Shown: positions 9,724 to 19,613 of the stretch, piece by piece
Layout: the number at the start of each line of letters is the position of its first letter
How positions within the stretch are numbered: position 1 is the first letter of the stretch
Made by a program: the position numbers and the translations under genes
From: Patescibacteria group bacterium UBA924
GTDB lineage: Bacteria > Patescibacteriota > Microgenomatia > UBA1400 > PJMF01
NCBI GenBank assembly: GCA_002293725.1
Contig: DBDU01000026.1
Span: forward strand, 6,313-70,312
Length of the DNA: 64,000 bases
Direction of reading: 5' to 3'
The notes under the pieces: model-generated
What the model saw: only the letters and a program-made list of their open reading frames with translations
The model's database searches: none
What the model was told of the DNA's origin: nothing

Positions 9724-10926
9724 ATGAACCTAGCAAATACTTTTTCTATTGCCCTCAAAGCAATTCTGCTCAACAAGAAGCGGTCTTTTTTAACCATGCT
9801 TGGTGTGATCATTGGCGTGGGCTCAGTGGTGTTGTTAACCAGTTTGGGAACAGGCCTGCAGTCGTATGTTCAGGATCAGTTTGCCAGCCTTGGTTCTAAC
9901 ATCTTGTTCGTCACTCCTGGTGACCCATTTAGCGGTGGTCAGGAGACAAGCATTATCGAGAGCACCAAACCTACTTTGAAAGAACGTCAGTATAAGGAAA
10001 TCTTGCGAAAGCATCGCAATCTTTTTGTGGGTGGAACTACAACCGCAGTGAATACGTCTGAAGCTAAGTACGGCACCACAACCAAGAAAGCATTGCTCTA
10101 TGGTGTTACCCCAAGTTATGAAGAGATTCAAAACGCTCCTGCAGAAAAAGGAAAGTGGTTCGACAATATTGATGAAGAAAAAGGCAAACGAGTGGTCGTT
10201 TTAGGACCAGGAATTGCCAAAGAGCTTTTTGGTAACGTCGACCCAGTCAATAAACGGATTCTCTTGAATAGTCAGTCATATACTGTCTTAGGCGTCCTAG
10301 AAGAAAAAGGTGGTGGCTTTGGCGGACCCAGTTTTGACAACTACATCTACGTTCCTTTCACTACGTTAATGAATAACTTCAATACCCAGGTGATTGACTC
10401 TTTTATCTTTGAGGTTAAAGACCGAAGCCAAATTGAGCAGGCTAAAGCGGCTATTGAAGACGTACTGCTCGAAGATTTAAAAGAAGACGAGTTCACCGTT
10501 TTTGATCAGGCTGAACTACTTAAAACTATTAATGACGTGCTAGGTGTATTAACAGCTGGCTTAGGTGGTATCTCGGCTATCTCACTGGTAGTGGGAGGCA
10601 TTGGTATTTTAAATATCATGCTTGTGTCTGTCTCTGAACGCACTCGAGAAATTGGCCTGCGCAAAGCGCTGGGAGCCACTCCCAACGTCATCTTATTACA
10701 GTTCTTAATCGAAGCGGCACTGTTATCAGTCATTGGCGGCATGATTGGCGTCTTTATTGCCTTCCTAGGTACCATGGCCGTACAGAGCTTCTTCCCAGCT
10801 CGCATCTTGCCCGAATCTATCCTGATTGCATTTGGTGTTTCTACCGCCATCGGTATTATTTTCGGCGCTGCTCCAGCGCGAAATGCTGCCAAACTATCTC
10901 CTATCGAGGCACTCCGTTCGGAGTGA
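9724..10926 (+). CDS. ABC transporter permease, FtsX/MacB family
   Basis: An N-terminal TM is followed by a large extracytoplasmic domain and a C-terminal FtsX-type three-helix bundle. The gene directly follows the ATPase gene. Confidence 0.8.
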   Translation: MNLANTFSIALKAILLNKKRSFLTMLGVIIGVGSVVLLTSLGTGLQSYVQDQFASLGSNILFVTPGDPFSGGQETSIIESTKPTLKERQYKEILRKHRNLFVGGTTTAVNTSEAKYGTTTKKALLYGVTPSYEEIQNAPAEKGKWFDNIDEEKGKRVVVLGPGIAKELFGNVDPVNKRILLNSQSYTVLGVLEEKGGGFGGPSFDNYIYVPFTTLMNNFNTQVIDSFIFEVKDRSQIEQAKAAIEDVLLEDLKEDEFTVFDQAELLKTINDVLGVLTAGLGGISAISLVVGGIGILNIMLVSVSERTREIGLRKALGATPNVILLQFLIEAALLSVIGGMIGVFIAFLGTMAVQSFFPARILPESILIAFGVSTAIGIIFGAAPARNAAKLSPIEALRSE

Positions 10927-10938
10927 TATCCTATTCAT

Positions 10939-11313
10939 ATGGGATTGATCAAAAAACTGTTAATGCTTATCTTGCTTCTGGTTGTGATCGGGGCGGGAGC
11001 GGTATGGGGAGCCAAGTACATTCCTGAGGGACAGCTCAGTGGTGTTAAACATGCTGCTAATCAAGTGCAACCATTTATCTCTGCCAATATCCAACACGCA
11101 AACCTGGGAAATGTTGGCCAACTGACGAGACAACTGAGTTCAAACGTCCAGTCCGTAACAGGCAAAGTACTTGGAGTGCAAACATCAAACTCAGAAACTC
11201 AAACTGCTTCAGACTCTTCTCACAACACTGCCTCCCTGCCTCAAAAAACGTTTGAGCTTGCACGGTATAGCTACTGCAAAGAGGTTGTGAAAGAGTATGA
11301 GTCTCGACAGTAA
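10939..11313 (+). CDS. Small membrane-anchored hypothetical protein
   Basis: There is an N-terminal TM helix (LLMLILLLVVIGAGAVWG) and a Ser/Thr/Gln-rich tail. Confidence 0.4.
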   Translation: MGLIKKLLMLILLLVVIGAGAVWGAKYIPEGQLSGVKHAANQVQPFISANIQHANLGNVGQLTRQLSSNVQSVTGKVLGVQTSNSETQTASDSSHNTASLPQKTFELARYSYCKEVVKEYESRQ

Positions 11314-12355
11314 AGCTGACCGTCATCTTCGCTTCAAGCATTTGTCCCGTTATTGGTTACTTCGCCTGTTTTTTGTTGCTTTTTCAGCGGGACTGTCACT
11401 TTTTGTCTTGGAGTATGGAGCGCGTTACCTGACTGAGAAAGAAATGCTGCAGTATTACAAGCCGCTCCAAAGTCAGATCGATCCAAAAACGGAAGACTGG
11501 CGCTGGACACACACCTTTAATGATGAAAACTTTGAACCTGATCCTGTGCTTTTCTGGACCCCCAGGTTGAACCACTTCCCGTTTGATAAGGATGGAACCG
11601 CACTCTCCGAGCAGTTTGTCTGTTATCAAACCGACAACGACCAACCGAAGATTCTTATCTATGGTGATTCAAATACCCAAGGACTAGCGACTAACTCTTG
11701 GGCTAATGAGCTTCAACTCTTACTCCTCAAATCCAAGAACTCAACCCATGTTTTGAACCGTGGTGTCGTTGGTTACTCTAGTTTCCAAGGTGTTGAACGC
11801 TTAAAACAAGACTTAAAAAAGTACAAGCCTAAAGTAATTGTCTTTGCTTTTGGATGGAATGACGTTGCTCCTTCCGTCAATGCAGCAGATCCTTTTTTCA
11901 AACCATATCCGGTGGTTGGGGGCAGTATCTTGGCTCGTTCCCGTGCGTACGCAGTAGGAGTCTACTACTCTAGTCTAATTTCCCAGCGCACGCAGAGAGC
12001 TCAAAAAGCGTCGTTGCCTCAATCACGCATGACTATAGATATGTATCTCAAAAAACTTAAAGAGATGTACGTTATTGCCAAACAACACGGTGCCGAACCT
12101 ATCATCATCAGTAGACCGTATAACGATGCTGACGGTACTTTTGCGGGATCCGGAAACTGGCGCGAGCAAGTTCCTTATTACAACTCCCAACTCCGCGCAC
12201 TGATGCAGAATGACGCTGCCCATTTTGTTGATTTTGAAAGTTACTTCAAGGATAAAACAGCCATGTTTATTGATGAGAGCCACTTTGATCCAAGGGGACA
12301 TCGATTGGCGGGAATGCTACTTTTTGAGCACTTGTTACAGTACGAACAACTGTAG
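11297..12355 (+). CDS. SGNH/GDSL-family hydrolase with an N-terminal membrane anchor
   Basis: A GDS block (ILIYGDSNTQG) and a later GWND..HF.P.GH-type block are present. Confidence 0.6.
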   Translation: MSLDSKADRHLRFKHLSRYWLLRLFFVAFSAGLSLFVLEYGARYLTEKEMLQYYKPLQSQIDPKTEDWRWTHTFNDENFEPDPVLFWTPRLNHFPFDKDGTALSEQFVCYQTDNDQPKILIYGDSNTQGLATNSWANELQLLLLKSKNSTHVLNRGVVGYSSFQGVERLKQDLKKYKPKVIVFAFGWNDVAPSVNAADPFFKPYPVVGGSILARSRAYAVGVYYSSLISQRTQRAQKASLPQSRMTIDMYLKKLKEMYVIAKQHGAEPIIISRPYNDADGTFAGSGNWREQVPYYNSQLRALMQNDAAHFVDFESYFKDKTAMFIDESHFDPRGHRLAGMLLFEHLLQYEQL

Positions 12356-12356
12356 T

Positions 12357-14693
12357 TTATAGCTTAGCCCGAACCTTCATCTCAGCTTCGATCTCATCTC
12401 TGTCACGTCCATACTTCAAACGAGAAAGTTGTTTAATCATCTCGGCCAGTCGAGGATTCATCCGTGCTTTTACTGCATCCATGTCTTTCAAGAGTGACAT
12501 GCTAAATGGTGGCACCGGCTCGTTTTTGACGATAGTCTTAATGTAGACGTGGAACTTCTCAACATTGGCTAAGTCATGATCATTAAAGATTGGCGAAAAC
12601 TCGTGCTGGAGGAAGCTGGCATCAGGAACACCGACGCGGAAAGTAACAATCGTACCAACGTTACCAAAGACTGCGTTCTTGACGTCTTCATCGATCTGAC
12701 TAATGAACTGGTTTGCCACGATTAAGTTCAGACGATACTTACGAGCCTCAGACAAGATAACGGCAAAGTCTTCTGTAGCATAGTTCTGGAACTCATCCAC
12801 GTAGAGATAAAAGTCTTTACGCTTATCCATGGCCATGTTCTGTCTACTCATCGCAGCCGTCAAAACTTTTGGCACCAAGATGAGACCTAAGAACTTAGCA
12901 TCCTCTTCTCCCAAGATGCCTTTTGAAAGATTCGCTAAGAAAATCTTTTGATCATCCATGATCTGACGCATGTTAAAGGCACTTTCAGACTGGCCGATGA
13001 TGTTACGCATCGTCTTGTTGGTAATAAACTTACCAAACTTAGAGACGATGTAGTCCAGCACTTCAGATTTATGGAAGTCTGCAGTTTGAGCGATTTGGTC
13101 CGTCCAGTATCGACGAACGATCGGATCTTTAACATACGGCAACATTTCTTCTACGTACTTAGGATCAGTCAGGATCCGCACCAGCTCAATGAACGTTGAG
13201 CCCTTTTTCTGCATGATCGTTAACATAGCGTTCCGAATAGCATGCTCAAAGCGTGGTCCGATAATACCCGTTTTGTGAGGGTCGTAGAGCTTGTACATCA
13301 AACTAATAATTGAGTTCACCACAAAGTGCTGCTGCTCTTCGTTATCCACTTCCATCATGTTCATACCCATCGGTCGTTCCAGATCTGAAGGATTAAAGTA
13401 GACCACGTCTTCAGCGCGTTCAGGTGGCATTAATTGGAGGAGGTCTTCCACGAACTCTCCATGCGGATCGATTGCACAAACACCTCGACCTGCTTCAATG
13501 TCCTGCAAGATCATCTCTTTCAAGAACTCTGATTTTCCAGTACCCGTCTTTCCAATAATGTACATGTGACGACGTCTATCATCTTGTGACATAAAGATCT
13601 GTCGTTCTTGACCTCGATAGACTGACTTGCCCAACATCAGTCCCTCATTAGGAATTTCTGAAGGTGCTGGCGCCGTTTTGGCGTTCAACCAACGGATATG
13701 ATGTGTCTCCACAGTCTTATTGGGGAAGTGAAAGATCGTCGCCAACTCTTCTGAGTTTAAGATCATCGTTCCCCGATGAAAAATAGGTAAGTAGCGATAA
13801 ATAAAGTCGATCATGAACAGGTGCTTAAAGAAAATAGTCATGCGCTGGAAGTTATTTACCGATGAACTAAACTGGGCAAAAGCACCAACGATGTTATTCA
13901 AGTGAGACTGTGCCGAGTACTCTTGTGGAGATGAAACAACAATCCGCAAACTGACTTTGAAGCCTGGTTTACTAATCTTGCTATCGATACTCTCCATCTT
14001 TTTAGGATCGTGTTGATAGGTCGCTTTATCAGGATCTGCTTCGCGTTTCTTTTCCGACTGCATGTACGAGTAGCCTTGATTCTGCCACTGCCTGCTCTCG
14101 GGCTGCATTAGGAGTTGGATAATGGCACCCTCACCATCGCCCATCTTAGACATTGCTGACGTAATCAATGAAAGGCCGTCAGTGGGAAGGTCTTTATAAG
14201 TCTTAATTGGAAAGTAACTGGCTTTTTCTAGGTTAACAGTGGCAAAAGCAACTCGTCCTTTTTCAGAGAAGATGTTCACTTCATCTTGCTCTTGAATGTC
14301 TGCTCCAGGATACGCACCGTGTATCTGCTTTTCTACTAAGTCACGAATTTTTTTCGGACAGCTGACATAAAAAGAGATGTCTTCTTTCATCGCTACAATT
14401 TCAAAAGAGAACATGTCCTCTACTTCTAAGAAACTAAAGAAGCCTGTTTTTTTGAGTGAGTAGAGCGAAGCAAACATCTGTTCAGCAGCATCTATCTTGA
14501 TCTCATTTTCTTTGGGCAACCTTACCAATAACGTCACGAAATCCAGGGCATATTTTTCTCTATTTCGATAGCGAAACCACTGAAACAGCATGTACAGAAA
14601 AATACCGACAAAAACCAGACAGATAATGGCGATTACCAAGCCGGTGAAGAAAGCTGCCAACTGAGCCAGAAAGATATCAAATTGTTCGTACAT
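12357..14693 (-). CDS. VirD4/TraG/TraD-like (FtsK-HerA superfamily) membrane-anchored coupling-type ATPase
   Basis: There is an N-terminal TM segment, a Walker A (IIGKTGTGKSEF), a Walker B-like block (FYLYVDEFQNY) and the motif ARKYRLNLIVANQFISQI that is typical of T4SS coupling/VirB4-class ATPases. Confidence 0.6.
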   Translation of the reverse strand: MYEQFDIFLAQLAAFFTGLVIAIICLVFVGIFLYMLFQWFRYRNREKYALDFVTLLVRLPKENEIKIDAAEQMFASLYSLKKTGFFSFLEVEDMFSFEIVAMKEDISFYVSCPKKIRDLVEKQIHGAYPGADIQEQDEVNIFSEKGRVAFATVNLEKASYFPIKTYKDLPTDGLSLITSAMSKMGDGEGAIIQLLMQPESRQWQNQGYSYMQSEKKREADPDKATYQHDPKKMESIDSKISKPGFKVSLRIVVSSPQEYSAQSHLNNIVGAFAQFSSSVNNFQRMTIFFKHLFMIDFIYRYLPIFHRGTMILNSEELATIFHFPNKTVETHHIRWLNAKTAPAPSEIPNEGLMLGKSVYRGQERQIFMSQDDRRRHMYIIGKTGTGKSEFLKEMILQDIEAGRGVCAIDPHGEFVEDLLQLMPPERAEDVVYFNPSDLERPMGMNMMEVDNEEQQHFVVNSIISLMYKLYDPHKTGIIGPRFEHAIRNAMLTIMQKKGSTFIELVRILTDPKYVEEMLPYVKDPIVRRYWTDQIAQTADFHKSEVLDYIVSKFGKFITNKTMRNIIGQSESAFNMRQIMDDQKIFLANLSKGILGEEDAKFLGLILVPKVLTAAMSRQNMAMDKRKDFYLYVDEFQNYATEDFAVILSEARKYRLNLIVANQFISQIDEDVKNAVFGNVGTIVTFRVGVPDASFLQHEFSPIFNDHDLANVEKFHVYIKTIVKNEPVPPFSMSLLKDMDAVKARMNPRLAEMIKQLSRLKYGRDRDEIEAEMKVRAKL

Positions 14694-14721
14694 ACATTTT
14701 TAAGATCATTACTATTCTAGT

Positions 14722-15465
14722 CTATTGAGCAGGCTCATCCCTATATACTACCTTGCCCGAAAAAGACTTCATCATCTTCCAACTCCACTCAATCAACCAC
14801 CTAATACTATAGGTGGTGGGCTTATTTTTCCCTTCATCTTCCACTTGGGGTGTAATGGGTAGAACCACAACAGGTTGCGCCATTACTCTAGGCAAAACTT
14901 GTCCTGATTGAGGATCAGAGATGACGATTTCTTGAGGAATTTGATCTACATTATCTTCAACATTTTTTAAGAACCCCTCAACTTCGGGCGGAAGCTCATG
15001 ACTTTTTTCGGTCTCTACATACTGAACGCCCCCAGCTTGATCCACAGCGGGATGTTCTACAGTAACACTCAAGAGCGGCGCTTCTTTCGCTATGCCACCA
15101 CCTACGGCGTTGGGCGGATTGAGGGTATCCGTCATTGAGTCTACTGCTGTTGGAACCGCTGCGGCTACCACTTCAGGGACATCAGGTGTAACTGGCTCCT
15201 CTACGACGGGCAACGTTTCTTCTGTAGGCTGAGGAATTTGCGTATCAGCATGCATTTCTTCGGCAAGCTGATCAAGCTCAATTGGTTCTCCTTCAGGGAC
15301 TACGGGAGCTATGGGCTCTTCGGTGGGAGGAACCACTGGCTCTGGAGGGACAGCCGTAGGGCTCATCGCATTAGCTGTAGAGGCAGATAAGTTGCCTTTA
15401 AGACGTTGCAGTAACGTTGACCGTGGAGGTGTTCCAACCGCCTGGGCGGATGACTGAGCAGACAT
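14722..15465 (-). CDS. Proline-rich hypothetical protein
   Basis: The ORF is low-complexity and rich in Pro, Glu and Val, with a hydrophobic/aromatic C-terminus (YSIRWLIEWSWKMM). Confidence 0.4.
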   Translation of the reverse strand: MSAQSSAQAVGTPPRSTLLQRLKGNLSASTANAMSPTAVPPEPVVPPTEEPIAPVVPEGEPIELDQLAEEMHADTQIPQPTEETLPVVEEPVTPDVPEVVAAAVPTAVDSMTDTLNPPNAVGGGIAKEAPLLSVTVEHPAVDQAGGVQYVETEKSHELPPEVEGFLKNVEDNVDQIPQEIVISDPQSGQVLPRVMAQPVVVLPITPQVEDEGKNKPTTYSIRWLIEWSWKMMKSFSGKVVYRDEPAQ

Positions 15466-15485
15466 CCTCTCATGTTACCACTAAA

Positions 15486-16889
15486 CTAGGGTAGCTCCAA
15501 GGCATCTCCAACCTGTAACTGCCACTTTTTAGCACTCCCAGCGGGAACCTCTAAAACCCAATCTACTTCTGTGGGTGACGAGTATCTGGGTAGGTTACGT
15601 TCATTACTATCTTGAGGGTGAGGAATATCGGTGGTTATTCCGACAACCTTGCCCTGTTTTAGCCAAATCATATCCAGATCAAAATGCATTCTTAGCATCC
15701 AAAACACGCGCGTGCCTGCTTCAGGAAAAACGAACAGCATGCCGTCACTCCCAATCTCTGATCGATCACTTAATCCTTGTTGAATGCTTTGAGGAGTATT
15801 AACTACTTCCAGATTCAGTATCAATGGCTCGGTAGTAGCACTTCTTCTGACGAGTGCTGAGTGGGTACTATGGTCAGCTACCTGAAGGAGTTTGTGGGCA
15901 TTACTGAGTGGATTCGGAGTTGCGTAAGGATCCTCAGGTTTAGATAGCTGGCAACCACTTACACTTACCACTCCTAAACAAAACATCGCTAATAAGCCTA
16001 GTACTTTGGGGGTGGGTGTCGAAGATAGCTTCTGTTTGAGAAGCGCTAAGAACAAGCTCGCAACAGCTACCCCCCCAATGGCAAACAAAATGACCTGATT
16101 CAATCCCAAAGAACTTTCCCACCAGTTGGCTTTCTCCAATCGCAAAAACTCTAAGCCGCCACGAAATAGTCCATAAAAAGCCAAGTAACTTAGTGTGAAG
16201 TACCCTTGTCCAATCTTCCACACCCGTTGTTGGCGCAACCACCACAGGCAGCCAGCAAAAATAAGCATTCCAACTGCCTCATAGGCAAACAACGGATGAA
16301 AGTACCCATGCTGTTCATAGCCCGCAATTCGATGCTCAGGCTCGATATAAATTCCCCATGGTAAATCTGTGGGAGGACCGTACAACTCTTGGTTCACATA
16401 GTTGCCTACCCGTCCGATCGCTTGGGAAATGGGCACGCACAGTGCGGCAATGTCACTAAAAATAAAAAGTTTTTTTTCTAGCTTATCTCCAGAAGGTTGA
16501 ACTTTTTTTTGTGTTTCAAAGGCTAAAGTAAAACAGAGTGCTATAGCACCACCCAGTAGAGCTCCTAAGATAGAAAGTCCCCCATTCCAAATGAAAAGCA
16601 CCTGTTCCAAGTTGTATTGATATAAAGGCCAATCAGTCCAAACATGGTAGATGCGGGCACCGACAAAGCCACCCACCAGTGTGACGAGAAGCAGACGCCA
16701 AAAAAGAGCTTCTTCTTGCTGCTCGCTTTTGATTAACCACTCGGCAAGTAGTACTCCCACTACCATAGCCAGACCAAGAATAAAGCCATAGGCATGAAGC
16801 TGAAGACCAAAAAGCTGAGTGCTCATGTCATCCTTAGATAACAACCAAAAGAGAAAGAACGATAAAAAATACGGTCCATCCCACGACAA
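15486..16889 (-). CDS. lgt: Prolipoprotein diacylglyceryl transferase fused to a lipobox-containing segment and a DUF192 domain
   Basis: The Lgt core is recognisable (LHAYGFILGLAMVVG...GARIYHV...NGGLSILGALLGG...YPTDLPWG). It is followed by KVLGLLAMFCLGVVSVSGCQ (lipobox-like) and a DUF192 pattern (DGMLFVFPEAGTRVFWMLRMHFDLDMIWL). The true start is probably the ATG at 16826 (MSTQLFGL). Confidence 0.7.
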   Translation of the reverse strand: MSWDGPYFLSFFLFWLLSKDDMSTQLFGLQLHAYGFILGLAMVVGVLLAEWLIKSEQQEEALFWRLLLVTLVGGFVGARIYHVWTDWPLYQYNLEQVLFIWNGGLSILGALLGGAIALCFTLAFETQKKVQPSGDKLEKKLFIFSDIAALCVPISQAIGRVGNYVNQELYGPPTDLPWGIYIEPEHRIAGYEQHGYFHPLFAYEAVGMLIFAGCLWWLRQQRVWKIGQGYFTLSYLAFYGLFRGGLEFLRLEKANWWESSLGLNQVILFAIGGVAVASLFLALLKQKLSSTPTPKVLGLLAMFCLGVVSVSGCQLSKPEDPYATPNPLSNAHKLLQVADHSTHSALVRRSATTEPLILNLEVVNTPQSIQQGLSDRSEIGSDGMLFVFPEAGTRVFWMLRMHFDLDMIWLKQGKVVGITTDIPHPQDSNERNLPRYSSPTEVDWVLEVPAGSAKKWQLQVGDALELP

Positions 16890-17361
16890 AAGCTCGGATT
16901 TCTCGGGCTGTAAAACTTCGCTTTACTTGCCAAAAGTACTGCTTTGTAAAACGTTCCGTGTCACGACTGTATCTCCAAAAATCGTAGGTGTAGTGCAGAC
17001 CAAGCCCCAGCATCATTCCAATACCAAAGACGCTTCCAGTTGAAGTGAGCACGAACAGTGTTAAGAGAACGTAGACAATCAAGAAAAGCGCCGAACGCGT
17101 GAGCAGTTTTTCTTGTAAACTTTCCGCTTGAGTAAGAGCCTTGATAGCACCAAGGTAATTCCCCTTTTGCCAATATGCCCGCACCAGTTGATTAAACTCA
17201 GTATCTGGATAGAGATAAAATGCGTGGATAAAACGATCTAAAAATAAAAGTTGAAAACCAAATACTACGCCAATCACAAAAAAAACAAACTGTAACAGTG
17301 AAGGAAAACTAAAAAAGAAGATGGCACTGTATACAAATGGCAGAAAGATATGCCCAATCAT
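16834..17361 (-). CDS. Polytopic membrane protein (hypothetical)
   Basis: The 175-aa product has several hydrophobic helices. It lies 7 bp upstream of the likely lgt start, suggesting an operon. Confidence 0.45.
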   Translation of the reverse strand: MIGHIFLPFVYSAIFFFSFPSLLQFVFFVIGVVFGFQLLFLDRFIHAFYLYPDTEFNQLVRAYWQKGNYLGAIKALTQAESLQEKLLTRSALFLIVYVLLTLFVLTSTGSVFGIGMMLGLGLHYTYDFWRYSRDTERFTKQYFWQVKRSFTAREIRAFVVGWTVFFIVLSLLVVI

Positions 17362-17393
17362 ATCTTGATTATACCCGCCTAGGAGATTGACGA

Positions 17394-18686
17394 CTATATG
17401 CCAGACAGCTCAAACCAGTGGTTATACTTGGCTTGCCAAACTGTTTGTAAGGCTTGATCTACCTTCTGTTTAAAAAGTGGATTGCGTTGATAACGATCGG
17501 CAAGTTCGGTGACTAAGTTATCAGTCGTTTCGGGAGGAACAGTTCGTCCTAAAACAACTACGTTATGACCAGCCTCGATGGCTTGTACCGCCAAGGTTGG
17601 TAAGCTCTGCGGCGAAACTGTTGCTGAAGAGGAGGCCTGCCCTTGCGCACCAGCCATTTCTAAGCCATCAGTGAAAATCAAGTGTGGTGCTTGGAGTTGG
17701 AGTAAGTTGACACACTCTGCCGAGATAGTGCAAGGAGCAGTAGGCTCACCTTCTGCGTCTTCCAAGATGACATGAGTGGTCATAACTCCAGCACTAGGAT
17801 ACGTATTAAGCAAACCACTAAAGATTCTTAGTTCAGATGTGTTTAAAGGGATAACTTGGGTTCTGAGATGGAGATCGACCGTGGTCTGGCCAATTCCTGG
17901 ATAGTGTTTTAAGACTGGAATAACTCCCTGAGCTGCCATCGAGTTCAACCAGTACTCTCCATACGTTTTAACAACCGCAGGATCATCACTACAAAGACGT
18001 GACTTCAAAATTGGATGATCAACACCTAGATCAACCACAGGAGCAAAGACAATATCTACACCAACGCCACGCAGCTCTTTACCTAAGCGATCTAACAAAG
18101 ACTTGAGTGAGTTGCGATCCAACCCACACTGTTCTTCAGCTGAAGGGAGCGTGGTTAACCCTTCACCCCGCAGACGTTGAACAGTACCACCCTCATGATC
18201 AACAGCAATCATTGACTGTAGAAGTTTTTTCTCTTGATCATTCAAGTTAGGTAGCAACTCAGTCATCCGCGGCTGCATCGGTAACTGCTTAATGGTGGTG
18301 GTTAACCTATCGGCTTCAAGAGCTGAGATGTTCGTGCCAAATAGTGTTACAAATCCCGGAATCTCGTTCTGAATTAATCCAGCAGTACTAGCTACTTTCT
18401 CCAACTCTTCATCGTTGGTGGCAACTACTGGAACAGCCAGGAGCTGAGCAACTTTTTGACGAGGTGTTAAATCTTGCAGGAGTTGAGCAGAGACAGTTGC
18501 AATTGATCCGGCCGCTACTGGCTCTGGGCTAGGAGCCGGTTGAAGCTGACCAATAGTATTGGTACTTTGTTCTGCTATTTTTAATAACTGTGGAAAGTAG
18601 GTAGGAATCACAAAGTAGCGAAGCGTCCCCACCCCTACAGCCATTAAGGCAAGCAACAGAATGAAAACGAGTGTTCTAGGCTTCAT
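17394..18686 (-). CDS. Glycoside hydrolase family 3 (NagZ-like beta-N-acetylhexosaminidase) with an N-terminal anchor
   Basis: The GH3 N-domain pattern includes KHYPGIGQTTVDLH, matching the KHFPGHG block of the family. Confidence 0.6.
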   Translation of the reverse strand: MKPRTLVFILLLALMAVGVGTLRYFVIPTYFPQLLKIAEQSTNTIGQLQPAPSPEPVAAGSIATVSAQLLQDLTPRQKVAQLLAVPVVATNDEELEKVASTAGLIQNEIPGFVTLFGTNISALEADRLTTTIKQLPMQPRMTELLPNLNDQEKKLLQSMIAVDHEGGTVQRLRGEGLTTLPSAEEQCGLDRNSLKSLLDRLGKELRGVGVDIVFAPVVDLGVDHPILKSRLCSDDPAVVKTYGEYWLNSMAAQGVIPVLKHYPGIGQTTVDLHLRTQVIPLNTSELRIFSGLLNTYPSAGVMTTHVILEDAEGEPTAPCTISAECVNLLQLQAPHLIFTDGLEMAGAQGQASSSATVSPQSLPTLAVQAIEAGHNVVVLGRTVPPETTDNLVTELADRYQRNPLFKQKVDQALQTVWQAKYNHWFELSGI

Positions 18687-19036
18687 TTTGATGTTTCCTC
18701 TTTACGAAGCTGTTGCAGCTTCCACATAAACAACTTCGCTTTACTCTTAGCTGTTGCTGCATCAGCCACAAACGAAAGCGCTCTTTCTAGAATGGCGCGG
18801 TTCTCTTTCTTGGCAAGCCTCATGTAAAGGCTCTTGTGCTTCATGTCATCCAGTTCAAGCGCAAGGCGATATCCGAAGTCTTGAAACTCTTGCGTAATAT
18901 AGCCACCTTTATCATCAAGTTGATAGTCTTGAAAAAGGTTTTGCATCGAAGTAAATGCCGCTTTTTTGGGACGTGCACTCTTCGACTGAGTCGTAGCATC
19001 ATTTTTCATCGTAGTCGCTGTTGTAGTAGTGTACAC
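18683..19036 (-). CDS. Hypothetical basic protein
   Basis: The 117-aa ORF overlaps pth by 30 bp. The start may instead be the internal Met at about 19009. Confidence 0.3.
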   Translation of the reverse strand: MYTTTTATTMKNDATTQSKSARPKKAAFTSMQNLFQDYQLDDKGGYITQEFQDFGYRLALELDDMKHKSLYMRLAKKENRAILERALSFVADAATAKSKAKLFMWKLQQLRKEETSK

Positions 19037-19590
19037 GCAGCATCAATAGCTGTTCCTACCTGGGACACTTCCTCCCCTAAAAAAGGAGTTAGGACGTAAT
19101 CACGACCAGCTAAGGTACGGACGCCATTGCGTCCATCAACTCCAATTCGAACGTGTAAAAAAAGGTCACTCCCCAGGTGTTGTCTGATCGAGTTTACTCC
19201 ATTGTGCACCTTGGGACCTTTCCCAAACTGTACCTTTAACTGCCCCACAGGGATATCTAAATCGTCATAGATTACTATCAATGCAGGTTGATCAGCAGTA
19301 CCAGCAGGTTTTCCAGCTTTCAACGCAGCAACTAAATCTTTATCAAAGTAATCAAGTACTCCCAAAACAGCCTTTCCTGAATCATTCATGTAAGTCGTTG
19401 ATTCGGCTAAAAAGATCTCGCCAGTCCGATAGAACAGCGAGTGTGTTTTATGATGTTCTTTAGCTACTTGAGGGAAAATTTGACCAGTAAGGAGAGTGGT
19501 CAGCGCATTAATAACCTGATACCCCACGTTATGCCGGGTACGTTGGTACTCTTCGCCTGGATTACCGAGTCCAAAAACAAACTGCTTCAT
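19006..19590 (-). CDS. pth: Peptidyl-tRNA hydrolase
   Basis: The Pth N-terminal signature is clear (FVFGLGNPGEEYQRTRHNVGYQVIN). Confidence 0.85.
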   Translation of the reverse strand: MKQFVFGLGNPGEEYQRTRHNVGYQVINALTTLLTGQIFPQVAKEHHKTHSLFYRTGEIFLAESTTYMNDSGKAVLGVLDYFDKDLVAALKAGKPAGTADQPALIVIYDDLDIPVGQLKVQFGKGPKVHNGVNSIRQHLGSDLFLHVRIGVDGRNGVRTLAGRDYVLTPFLGEEVSQVGTAIDAACTLLQQRLR

Positions 19591-19613
19591 ACAGGCATTA
19601 TAATGGCTGATCA

